In this document: positions 19,787 through 28,519 of the stretch, one piece after another
Numbering within the stretch: position 1 is the first letter of the stretch
How the letters are laid out: the number at the start of each line of letters is the position of its first letter
Origin: a virus
Length of the DNA: 64,000 bases
Direction: 5' to 3' (one strand)
Virus record (IMG/VR): IMGVR_UViG_3300032163_000001
Span: 46,249-110,248 of that record
Made by a program: the position numbers and the translations under genes
Notes under the pieces: generated by a model
Database searches by the model: none
What the model saw: the letters and a program-made list of their open reading frames with translations, nothing else
What the model was told of the DNA's origin: nothing

Positions 19787-19850
19787 AAGGCTTGGAATTT
19801 TTTAGAAAGTATGTTATAATACTTTTTATAAGTTCCAAGCCTTCTTTTTC
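19787..19850 (+). terminator. 11-bp perfect inverted repeat (AAGGCTTGGAA/TTCCAAGCCTT) with 35-nt loop and T-tract
   Basis: Arms at 19787-19797 and 19833-19843, followed by CTTTTTC. Lies between the Ubl and the second E1-like gene. Confidence 0.4.
19792..19820 (+). promoter_or_regulatory. sigma-A-like promoter: TTGGAA, 17-nt spacer, extended -10 TGTTATAAT
   Basis: -35 element at 19792-19797, TG at 19812-19813, TATAAT at 19815-19820. Sits inside the loop of the inverted repeat above. Confidence 0.35.
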
Positions 19851-19866
19851 TAGAAAGGAGGTAGGA

Positions 19867-20763
19867 GTGAGAAAAGTTTCTTCAGTTGCAGTAGTTGGTC
19901 TAGGTAGTTTAGGTAGTTTTCTTTCTGATAGTTTATCAAAGGTTGAAACAATCGAAAAATTAGTTCTTATAGATTATGATACAGTTCAAGAAAAGAACTT
20001 GATCAACTCTGTTTATAGAAAAATAGACGTTGAAAGATTTAAAGTAAATGCTATGAGAGATATTATATTATCTAACAACCCTTGTCTGAAAGTATTGGTT
20101 GTTCAAGATAAGTATGATAATTTGAGAAGAACTTCTTCAAGGTGGTTACTTGTTCGTCCTGATGTAGATTTAGTAGTAGATTGTAGAGATTTTACATATG
20201 ATAGAACTGATGAAGTAGATGTTAGAATGTATATAACTTCTAGATACTTAGTATTAGATTGTAGAAAAGATGTTAGTTACAATAAACACTATGAAGGAAT
20301 GTACACTTCTCAACTAACTAAGACAGATTTAAGAAATGCAGCGCTTACAACTTGCTTATTAATTCAGAATGGATTGATTTTTGATTTAATTGAAAAGCAG
20401 TTAGTGCACAAAGTTGAACTAGATTATATTTGTAGGAAGACATCAGAAGTAATCCAAAATAAAGGAGATATGATTTTAGATTTAAAAGAAGATACTTCTA
20501 GCTTCTTAAACTTACCAGAATGTTCAGATCGTATTTTGGATGTGAACAAGAAACATAAGTTAACAATGTACTTTGGAGATAAAGAAAATTCTTTAATTTG
20601 GAAAGAAGTTCCACGAAATTCTCTACTAAATATTGAGGATGTTATTTCGTGCTTACGATCTATTATTAAACTTCCTTTTGTCTTTAACTATTATATTATT
20701 CTTCTAAAAAATAATTCCGATGGCTTCTATATTGAACTCATCCCAGAAACTGGAGCTGCCTAA
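19867..20763 (+). CDS. second ThiF/E1-like protein, probably degenerate (arginine finger missing)
   Basis: VAVVGLGSLGS...LIDYDTVQEKNLINSVY has NLINS in place of NLxRQ. DLVVDCRDFTYDRT is retained. GTG start with RBS AAAGGAGGTAGGA. Confidence 0.6.
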   Translation: MRKVSSVAVVGLGSLGSFLSDSLSKVETIEKLVLIDYDTVQEKNLINSVYRKIDVERFKVNAMRDIILSNNPCLKVLVVQDKYDNLRRTSSRWLLVRPDVDLVVDCRDFTYDRTDEVDVRMYITSRYLVLDCRKDVSYNKHYEGMYTSQLTKTDLRNAALTTCLLIQNGLIFDLIEKQLVHKVELDYICRKTSEVIQNKGDMILDLKEDTSSFLNLPECSDRILDVNKKHKLTMYFGDKENSLIWKEVPRNSLLNIEDVISCLRSIIKLPFVFNYYIILLKNNSDGFYIELIPETGAA

Positions 20764-20821
20764 AGATGTACTAAAATTTCTAAAAGAAGAAGTTGGGGAT
20801 AGTAATGGAAAGGAGGAGATT

Positions 20822-21175
20822 ATGATACACATCTTGAGAAAAAACATTGAGAAGTCTCCATTAGTTCCTGATACAATAATTCATAAAGATAAAGTCTTTA
20901 ATATTACATCTGTTGATCCAGAGTTTATAATAAATAAATATGAACTAATTTTTAACGATAATATTTTGAAGGGTGTTAGATTAGTTAATAGTAGACATCC
21001 AAACTGTGACCCAGAGAATGGAATGTTTTGTTTACCAGAAGGAATAAAAGATAGTATTTTTACTAAAGAAATGTATGAAAGATTAAAGTATATTATGAGA
21101 ACTTTTAATCTCGACAACTGTTATTTTATGCCATGGGATCGGTGTACATATACAAGGAGGTTTTTAGATGGATGA
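20822..21175 (+). CDS. UBC-like E2 conjugating enzyme (small)
   Basis: SRHPNCDPENGMFCLPEGI has the HPN-x(8-9)-C-L spacing of E2 active sites (compare HPNINSNGSICL). ATG with RBS AAGGAGGAG, preferred over the 20720 start in the track. Confidence 0.55.
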   Translation: MIHILRKNIEKSPLVPDTIIHKDKVFNITSVDPEFIINKYELIFNDNILKGVRLVNSRHPNCDPENGMFCLPEGIKDSIFTKEMYERLKYIMRTFNLDNCYFMPWDRCTYTRRFLDG

Positions 21176-21368
21176 AGAGAAACCCAAACAAAATGAAGTT
21201 AAAGAAATTTTAGATGACGTTGAAAGTTTGTTTAAAAAACTATTACATAAAGTTTCTGATGTTCTAGTTGGAGAAAGTAGAAAGAAACTAGAAAAAGTAT
21301 GTTCAGATAAAAATACAATTATTCATTATCATCGTAAAGTAAAAGAATTGGGGAGGAAAGATGAGTAA
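21168..21368 (+). CDS. hypothetical small protein
   Basis: 66-aa ORF with overlapping start. Confidence 0.35.
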   Translation: MDEEKPKQNEVKEILDDVESLFKKLLHKVSDVLVGESRKKLEKVCSDKNTIIHYHRKVKELGRKDE

Positions 21369-21744
21369 TGGAAATATTATAAATCAAGAATTTCATGATG
21401 CTCTTGTTGATTTAGTAAGAGATATTGTTCAAGAAGATCAACTAAACGAAGATCAAATTAGAGACATTGCATGTGATGCAGCAACTGAGGCAGCAGAAGA
21501 AGTACTAGATAAAAAAGAGATAAACGAAGATATGATAAAAGAAGTTTTGCATCGAGAACTAGATGAAGAAATTGAAGAGAGAGTTGGAGAATCTATAAAG
21601 AACAGAGAAAGACAAATCACTAAGGAAGAGGTTAAAGAAATAATTGAGGAAATTCGAGAAGATATAGACCAAATGATTTCCGAACAAGTTAAACATCATT
21701 TTAATATTTTAGCAACTTTTATGTTAGAACAGTTTAAGAAATAA
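21361..21744 (+). CDS. hypothetical highly acidic protein
   Basis: 127 aa, Glu/Asp-rich helical sequence. Confidence 0.4.
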   Translation: MSNGNIINQEFHDALVDLVRDIVQEDQLNEDQIRDIACDAATEAAEEVLDKKEINEDMIKEVLHRELDEEIEERVGESIKNRERQITKEEVKEIIEEIREDIDQMISEQVKHHFNILATFMLEQFKK

Positions 21745-21756
21745 GGAGATAAAATA

Positions 21757-21981
21757 ATGAGGATTGTATATTTTATGAGGAGAGGTAATAGACTTTTAAT
21801 TTCTGATAAAAAATTATTTGCAAAAGGAGATACTGAATTAACTGTTGGATTTCCGCGTTTTCGACTTGAAGCAAAAGGTCAATTAACAGGAGAAGGGGAT
21901 GATATTGAAAAAATGATGGGAAAAATGGTAGAAGATAAATCTTACAAAATGGTCTTGGATAAATGGCCTACAGAAGAATAA
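21757..21981 (+). CDS. hypothetical small protein
   Basis: 74-aa ORF with RBS AAGGAGA. Confidence 0.35.
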   Translation: MRIVYFMRRGNRLLISDKKLFAKGDTELTVGFPRFRLEAKGQLTGEGDDIEKMMGKMVEDKSYKMVLDKWPTEE

Positions 21982-22003
21982 CTAATTGAAAAGGAGGTAG
22001 CTC

Positions 22004-24715
22004 ATGCCAGAACTGTTGGACATAGCAAAATTTTGTGAACACCTTAAAGAAGTATCGTCGATAAAAATAATGGATAGAAATGGAAAGTTCCATTCAGAGG
22101 GCTTATTTTCTGAACAGATTTTTGGCCCAATTAGAAACTATACATGCCAGTGTGGTATTTATTATGGTATATCAAGGTCAGGTGGTACTTGTTCTATATG
22201 CGACGTAGATATAGTTAATAGTTATGAAAGGAGAAGTAGATTTGCTAAAATAGTTTTACCTTTTAAAGTTGTAAACCCTTTGTTCTATGATCTTCTAGTT
22301 TATGCGGGGGGAAGTAACTTAATGGAATCAATTGACTTACTGATGAAAAACGAAAAAAGTGTTATGTATAAAGATGAAGGTGAATATGCAGTAACTACTG
22401 ACCATATAGATACATCAAAATTTGGTAGAGTTTGGGATCGAACAGAAGCCATTTATGAAATTGTTAATAGTTTAGCTGATGATTGTATAAAGTATAATGA
22501 TTCTCCTACTTGGGCTTTTGTAAAAGCTAATATAAGTAACTTACTAATTAGAGATATAATTGTACTTGCTCCAGATTTAAGACCAGTTACAAGGTCGTCT
22601 AATAAAAATAATCAAGTGGTAGACGAAGTTAATAGGTACTACATTCAAATTTTAACTAAAAAGACAATTATAAAAGATTCTATAGTAGAAGTTAATAGTA
22701 ATAAAGAATTGTTCTATCAATATTGGAGACAAGTCCAAAAAGACGTAAACGAATTATATACACATATTCTTAGTAAATTATCTAAGAAAGAGGGATTAAT
22801 TAGAGGTAATATTTTAGGTAAGAGGATTGACTTTTCTGGAAGGGCTGTTATTGTACCAGATCCAACGTTAACATTGAATGAATGTATATTACCATATACT
22901 ATGGCTTTAGAACTATATAAACTACAAATATCAAAGAGATTGATAGATCTTGGTAAATTTAAGTTTTTAAATAAAGCAATTGATTTTGTAGATGAATGTA
23001 TAGAATACAAAGACCCACAACTGTTCGATACAGTGAATGAAATTACTCAAGATGAAATGTGTTTGTTGAACAGACAACCATCTTTACATCGATTAAGTAT
23101 GGTGGGTTTTAAAATTAAATTGACAATGGATGATGTTATTAAAATTCACCCTCTAGTATGTTCTGGTTTTAATGCTGATTTCGATGGGGATCAAATGGCT
23201 GCTTATATTCCTGTTAGTAAAGAAGCTAAAAAAGAAATAATAGATAAGTTTCTAGTTACCAAGAATTTTGTTAATCCAGCTAATGGAAGTTTGACTACTA
23301 TTCCATCACAAGATATAATATTAGGAATTTACCTCCTAACGTCAAATCAATTTCCAGAGCTAACTAAAGAAGTTGAATATAAAGGAAAACTTATTCCGGA
23401 GTCAGTTAAAATATTTAACGAGTGTTTACCATTTGATTATTCGTTAGTTGAGGGAGTAGTTACTAGTAATAAGTTATTAAAAATATTAAACAATATAAAA
23501 GATACATATCCAGAAGGAGTAACAGCAATTGCTTTAGATAGAATTAAAGACTTAGGTTTTAAATATTCTACGTTATATGGTTGTACTATTTCTTTAGATA
23601 GTTGCGAAATTGAAACTTCGGATGAGTTTAAAAAGTTTCTCTATTGTTCAGATGATGTAACAGATCAGTTAACAAAAGTTTCTAGTGAAGAAACAGAACA
23701 GTTTTTAAAAGATAACTTTAAATATGCTTATATGGTTCAGTCTGGGTCAAGAGGGAACTGGGATCAAATTAGACAGTTAATTTTAACTAGAGGGTTTGTT
23801 TCTAATTTTGATGGAGAGATTGTTCCAACTCCAATAAAGAATAGTTTACTAGATGGACTAACAAGAGAGGAGTTTTTCAATTCAACTTATGGTTGTAGGA
23901 AAGGTTTACTTGATGTTGCTTTAAACACTGGAACATCAGGTTATCTTTCAAGAAAACTAGTCTTTGCTTGTGCAAATCTCCAAGTTGATCCAAGTTTAGA
24001 AGATTGTGGAACCACGGATTATTTAAATGTAGATGTTTCTAGTATAAAGAAAGCTAAGATGTTAGTAGATCGTTATTATTTTGATGGTTCCAAATTAGAG
24101 AAAATTACGAAAGAAAATTGTGAAGAACTAGTTGGGAAAAGAATTAAACTAAGAAGTCCAATATATTGTAAGAATTATGATTTATGTCATACATGTTATG
24201 GAGATCTTTTCAAACACACAAGTAGTAGATTCGCCGGAATTTTAGCAGCTCAGTCTTTAGGTGAATGTAATACTCAGCTTATTCTTAGAGTTTTTCATAC
24301 TAGTGGAGTTGCTGCTACTAGAGGTGAGCACGAAGAAATGAGGCAAAAAGATGTTATTGTTGACTTAAGTACTGCATCTAATTTACTACATAAAATTGAT
24401 AAGAATGAGACTCCAGAGAATTTGGTTTCCGAATTATTTGATGTTTACAATATGAGTAGAGATATTTATCATGTGCATTTTGAATGTGTAGTAAGTCAAT
24501 TACTTTGGGATGGTCCGTATAAATGGAGGATGTTAGATAATAGAGATAAAGTCAAACCTATATTTTGCAGTATTCAAAGTATTCCAAGTAAAGAGAGTTG
24601 GTTACTTGGATTAGGGTTTTCCAATCCAAAAACTCATATTATAAAAGGTTTAGTGTACAGAGGTAATTACAAAGGAATTTTCGACCAAATTTTGTTAGGA
24701 GAAAAGTTTTGTTAG
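22004..24715 (+). CDS. rpoC: multisubunit RNA polymerase beta'-like subunit (compact, 903 aa)
   Basis: Catalytic NADFDGDQMA motif. Zn-finger-like CQCG...CSIC near the N-terminus. RBS AAGGAGGTAG. Confidence 0.85.
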   Translation: MPELLDIAKFCEHLKEVSSIKIMDRNGKFHSEGLFSEQIFGPIRNYTCQCGIYYGISRSGGTCSICDVDIVNSYERRSRFAKIVLPFKVVNPLFYDLLVYAGGSNLMESIDLLMKNEKSVMYKDEGEYAVTTDHIDTSKFGRVWDRTEAIYEIVNSLADDCIKYNDSPTWAFVKANISNLLIRDIIVLAPDLRPVTRSSNKNNQVVDEVNRYYIQILTKKTIIKDSIVEVNSNKELFYQYWRQVQKDVNELYTHILSKLSKKEGLIRGNILGKRIDFSGRAVIVPDPTLTLNECILPYTMALELYKLQISKRLIDLGKFKFLNKAIDFVDECIEYKDPQLFDTVNEITQDEMCLLNRQPSLHRLSMVGFKIKLTMDDVIKIHPLVCSGFNADFDGDQMAAYIPVSKEAKKEIIDKFLVTKNFVNPANGSLTTIPSQDIILGIYLLTSNQFPELTKEVEYKGKLIPESVKIFNECLPFDYSLVEGVVTSNKLLKILNNIKDTYPEGVTAIALDRIKDLGFKYSTLYGCTISLDSCEIETSDEFKKFLYCSDDVTDQLTKVSSEETEQFLKDNFKYAYMVQSGSRGNWDQIRQLILTRGFVSNFDGEIVPTPIKNSLLDGLTREEFFNSTYGCRKGLLDVALNTGTSGYLSRKLVFACANLQVDPSLEDCGTTDYLNVDVSSIKKAKMLVDRYYFDGSKLEKITKENCEELVGKRIKLRSPIYCKNYDLCHTCYGDLFKHTSSRFAGILAAQSLGECNTQLILRVFHTSGVAATRGEHEEMRQKDVIVDLSTASNLLHKIDKNETPENLVSELFDVYNMSRDIYHVHFECVVSQLLWDGPYKWRMLDNRDKVKPIFCSIQSIPSKESWLLGLGFSNPKTHIIKGLVYRGNYKGIFDQILLGEKFC

Positions 24716-24725
24716 GAGAATCGCT

Positions 24726-25043
24726 ATGCCTAAAATACCTAAAGAAAAAGAGCCTATTGATTATCATAATTTATCAACTTTTAAACACAGAGTAAAAGAG
24801 TTTAGTTACATAGCAGAGACATTGCGAGATCTAAGGAAACAAATTCTTAAAGATTTGAGAACTATTGATTTTAACTTAGAAGAAGTTCTTCCATATTTTT
24901 ATCGTAAACAGAGGGAGGGTTATACATCTGATATTACTAACACTCACTTAGTTGCTGATTGTGAATACGTTATTTCTAAATATGAGCGAATCTTAAAACA
25001 ACATGAAATAGAAATAGTTCTTTCAAATGGTGTACCCATTTAA
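24726..25043 (+). CDS. hypothetical protein between the RNAP subunit genes
   Basis: 105-aa ORF. Confidence 0.4.
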   Translation: MPKIPKEKEPIDYHNLSTFKHRVKEFSYIAETLRDLRKQILKDLRTIDFNLEEVLPYFYRKQREGYTSDITNTHLVADCEYVISKYERILKQHEIEIVLSNGVPI

Positions 25044-25060
25044 ATCAATAAGGAGGAAAA

Positions 25061-28000
25061 ATGATAGAAATAATAAACCCTTACTATAAACTGAACGAAG
25101 ACAAAAATGTATTCAAAATAAGAGAAGATGAATATCAAAAATTAGAATCTTCAGTTAGGGAAATTCTTAAAGCCGCTGAAGAGTTAGGTTTTACGATCAC
25201 AGAATTCGGTATTAGAGATCCAAGAGTTTTTCCATCTAATGAACTTGACAGAACTCTAAAGAAAAATCTTGTAATTAAACTACAAAAAGGTAATGCTGAA
25301 GTAGATTTAACTATGGCTTTTCCTAAATTAATTGATTCAAACTACATAATGATAAATGGAAGAAGAAAGATACCTTTATTTCAGTTATTTGATATACCAG
25401 TAGTTACGAGGGGAAAGAATATTAAGATAAGAACGAATGTTGCAACTATAATGATTTCTGTAGAAAAAAATTATCCACATGTTTCTATTAGTTTGTTAGG
25501 AAAAAAAGTCCCACTGTCATTATTAATGTTTTGTTACTACGATCGAGAGTATCTTGAATCAACATTTCATTTATCAGAAATAGAGGAAGAAGTACAAGTT
25601 AAAAGTTTGCTTGATGTTCTTGTGTACGATTTGAAGAGTCTCTCAGATTCTGAACCTGAAACAACTAAAATAGACTTTATCAAAGAACTTGGAAAATCTT
25701 ATTCTAAATATGATGCTTTATCAAAAGGAGAAGATGTAGTTTATTCTTTAGATTTGATTTTAAAGACTGATATAATGTCAGCAAAGTTTTTTAAGACTGG
25801 GTCAATTCTATCTGAAATAGTTGAAGTTATTAGAGGAGAAGGTCTAGATGATAAAGATTATACAAATAAAAGGATTAGATGTCTTGAATATATGATTTTG
25901 TCTAAAGTATCTAAAGTAGTCTTTGATTTGTGTATGGCATCTAGAAAAGCTAGAACAGTTAAATTTAGCACTAGTTCTTCTCAAATTTTATCTGATTGTA
26001 ATGTATCAGATATTATACAATTTGATTTTTCTATTAATCCAATTGATGAACTGACAAAATTAACAAGAACTAGTTTGATAGGACCAGGAGGATTTAATAG
26101 AGAAAATGTTCCAAAACATTTAAGAGATGTTTGTCCAACTATGTTTGGAAGAGTTTGTCCTGTAGATACTCCAGATAGAGAAAATTGTGGTGTTCTACAA
26201 GATTTAGTTCCAAACGTAAATTTAGATGAGAACTTAAGGTTTGGAGATCCTCTAAATGAACCAATATCTATTCCCGTTTCTATGGTTCCATTTCTAGAAC
26301 ATGATGATCAAACCAGGTTACAGATGTCTTCTTCTCAGATGAGACAAGCAATATCTTTAGTTAAATTTGATACACCAATGATTCAATCTGGTTGCGAAGG
26401 ATTATATACTGATCAAACACAATTTTTAAAGAGAGCTAAAAAAGATGGAGAAGTTTTATACTATGATAATAAGTATTTAATAGTAGTTTATGAAGATAAA
26501 ACTTTAGAAATTTTTGAACTCCCATACAGAAGAATATATGTAGAAAACTTAGATTATGTGTCTGGTTTGTATTTTAAACAAGGGGATAAGTTTAAGAAAG
26601 GAGATATTCTATTTGAGAGTATTTTCTGTAACAATGGTAAGATTAATATTGGAAAGAATTTACTAACTGTTATTATGAGTTACGGTGGTTATAATTACGA
26701 AGATGGAATTTTAATTTCTGATAAACTAGTTAAAGATGCAGATCAAAGATTTACTTCTTTACATTTTATAGATCTTTCTTTTACTCTGTCAAAGAATAAA
26801 GTTCTGTTAGACTTACCTTATAGGACTAAAGAGGAAGAAGAAATAGAGAAAGTAAAGAAAGAGAAAATATATAAACCACTTCCAAATCCCAGAGGGGAGC
26901 ACTCAAAATCTTTATTTGAAGTTCTTAGTATGAGAACGCCGTATGCAATTCTTAAAGAAATACCTGTTGGTCCATCAGATTATTACTCTTTATTTGAAGA
27001 GCAAATGCCTTTAACTATAAAGAAACCTTTTGTTTTTGTGACTGATGTTAATGTTTATGCAAATGAATGGAATCAGACATTTAAAGAGTTTAATCATTGG
27101 ATGGAAAAGAAAATCGAAGAGCAAAAGAAATATCAAAATTCTATTGCGGAGATAGTTCGAAATACTTTACCAAAAGATGCTGCGAATAGTATTATTAGAG
27201 AGAAGCTGTTAGATAAGTTTGGTAACGAAGAAAATTACAAAATAAAGGGAGAAAAAATTAATGGAACTTACATAGAGATTTTTGGTATATTCACTAGAGC
27301 AATAGCAGTTGGTGATAAGATTGGAAATAGACATGGAAATAAAGGTGTAATTTCTAGAATCCTTCCACACCACATGATGCCAAAGTTAGCAGATGGGAGA
27401 CATGCTGAAATAGTTATAAACCCACTAGGTATTCCATCTAGAATGAATATTGGTCAAGTGTTTGAAGCTCACTTAGCAATGGCACTAGAAAACTTGAAGA
27501 AGAATATGCTACAGATGTTGAAAGATGGAAAGAGTAGACAAGAAATTGGAGAGTATTTATTAAACTTTATATTTCTAATTGATAATACCAAAGATAATTG
27601 GTATTTTTCTCAATTTAAAAGTCAATTAGATAATGAAGAAATAGATGAAAAATTTATTCAAGATTTGGTTTTGATACAACCTCCATTTGAATCTGCCTCA
27701 AAAGAAATGATCAAAAATGCCATGAACTATACTAATACTCCTTATAAAGAGAAAGTTTACTTACCAGAGTATGGTAGAGAAACAATAGAACCAGTTGCAA
27801 TTGGATATATAAACTTCTTTAGAATGGTTCATATAGCAGAAAATAGATTAGCTGCTAGAGGTATTGCTTCATATGCAAGAAGAACTATGCAACCATTAGG
27901 AGGTAGAAAAAATAAAGGAGGTCAAAGGTGTGGAGAAATGGAAACTTGTTGTATAATCGCTCATGACGCACCACACAACTTAAAAGAAATGTTGACAACT

Positions 28001-28150
28001 AAATCAGATTGTATAGATCTAAAGAATTTGTTAATTAGAAAAGAAATTGAGAGTGAACCATCAAGTAGAGAACAGAAAGTTATGGATGAAAGGCCCGAGT
28101 CTGTTAAGTTACTAAATGATTATCTCTTAGTCATGGGGGTAAAGAAATAG
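25061..28150 (+). CDS. rpoB: multisubunit RNA polymerase beta-like subunit (1029 aa)
   Basis: GDKIGNRHGNKGVISRILP matches the beta-subunit catalytic-site motif. RBS AAGGAGGAAAA. Confidence 0.85.
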   Translation: MIEIINPYYKLNEDKNVFKIREDEYQKLESSVREILKAAEELGFTITEFGIRDPRVFPSNELDRTLKKNLVIKLQKGNAEVDLTMAFPKLIDSNYIMINGRRKIPLFQLFDIPVVTRGKNIKIRTNVATIMISVEKNYPHVSISLLGKKVPLSLLMFCYYDREYLESTFHLSEIEEEVQVKSLLDVLVYDLKSLSDSEPETTKIDFIKELGKSYSKYDALSKGEDVVYSLDLILKTDIMSAKFFKTGSILSEIVEVIRGEGLDDKDYTNKRIRCLEYMILSKVSKVVFDLCMASRKARTVKFSTSSSQILSDCNVSDIIQFDFSINPIDELTKLTRTSLIGPGGFNRENVPKHLRDVCPTMFGRVCPVDTPDRENCGVLQDLVPNVNLDENLRFGDPLNEPISIPVSMVPFLEHDDQTRLQMSSSQMRQAISLVKFDTPMIQSGCEGLYTDQTQFLKRAKKDGEVLYYDNKYLIVVYEDKTLEIFELPYRRIYVENLDYVSGLYFKQGDKFKKGDILFESIFCNNGKINIGKNLLTVIMSYGGYNYEDGILISDKLVKDADQRFTSLHFIDLSFTLSKNKVLLDLPYRTKEEEEIEKVKKEKIYKPLPNPRGEHSKSLFEVLSMRTPYAILKEIPVGPSDYYSLFEEQMPLTIKKPFVFVTDVNVYANEWNQTFKEFNHWMEKKIEEQKKYQNSIAEIVRNTLPKDAANSIIREKLLDKFGNEENYKIKGEKINGTYIEIFGIFTRAIAVGDKIGNRHGNKGVISRILPHHMMPKLADGRHAEIVINPLGIPSRMNIGQVFEAHLAMALENLKKNMLQMLKDGKSRQEIGEYLLNFIFLIDNTKDNWYFSQFKSQLDNEEIDEKFIQDLVLIQPPFESASKEMIKNAMNYTNTPYKEKVYLPEYGRETIEPVAIGYINFFRMVHIAENRLAARGIASYARRTMQPLGGRKNKGGQRCGEMETCCIIAHDAPHNLKEMLTTKSDCIDLKNLLIRKEIESEPSSREQKVMDERPESVKLLNDYLLVMGVKK

Positions 28151-28309
28151 TGAGTGATGGCGTTCTGGTGAAAACGCTAAGTTGTACGTAGCTTATAGGA
28201 TAACCCTTCAAGACCAAGGATCAGCATAGACCAGTCCGAGGTACAGAGAAAAGCAATAAGGTCTATTAAAACTTGGTTATCAAAGTAGGTTCGAATCCTA
28301 CTCACTCAC
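28151..28309 (+). ncRNA. tRNA-like structured RNA (7-bp acceptor closure, D-arm-like, canonical GGTTCGAATCC T-arm) with about 85 nt of extra internal sequence
   Basis: TGAGTGA at 28151-28157 pairs with TCACTCA at 28302-28308. T-arm GTAGG-TTCGAAT-CCTAC at 28285-28301. Too long for a plain tRNA, and no tmRNA tag ORF is visible. Confidence 0.35.
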
Positions 28310-28312
28310 TAG

Positions 28313-28433
28313 GAGAAAATAGATCAGTGACCTATGTAGACCTGAACTGATGGACGCATCAGGTATTTGCTGGACGCACTGCACTTAGTCAATACAGGTG
28401 GAACGTCCTGGCTGGTCTATTTTCTCATTTTTT
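28313..28433 (+). ncRNA. structured RNA closed by a 15-bp stem followed by a U-tract (large intrinsic terminator or stable ncRNA)
   Basis: GAGAAAATAGATCAG at 28313-28327 pairs with CTGGTCTATTTTCTC at 28412-28426 (one GU pair), then ATTTTTT. Internal sub-hairpins CTGATG/CATCAG and GGACG/CGTCC. Confidence 0.35.
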
Positions 28434-28519
28434 AAGAAAGGAGGTTAAAATTGGTTTGGTGTAATCATTACGGTTAAGAATAGCAAAGGGTAAATTAGAT
28501 AAAAGAAAGGAGGAAGTTA

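Noticed and set aside
20720-20821. Longer 151-aa start for the E2-like gene, as in the ORF track
   Set aside because: It would overlap the E1' gene by 44 nt and has no RBS. The in-frame ATG at 20822 is preceded by AAGGAGGAG at ideal spacing.
28151-28433. Possible tmRNA
   Set aside because: There is a tRNA-like closure and a T-arm, but I cannot find a tag-peptide reading frame ending in a stop within the internal region. The tRNA-like 5' and 3' ends enclose only about 160 nt, not the whole 283-nt region. Kept only as a tRNA-like or structured RNA.
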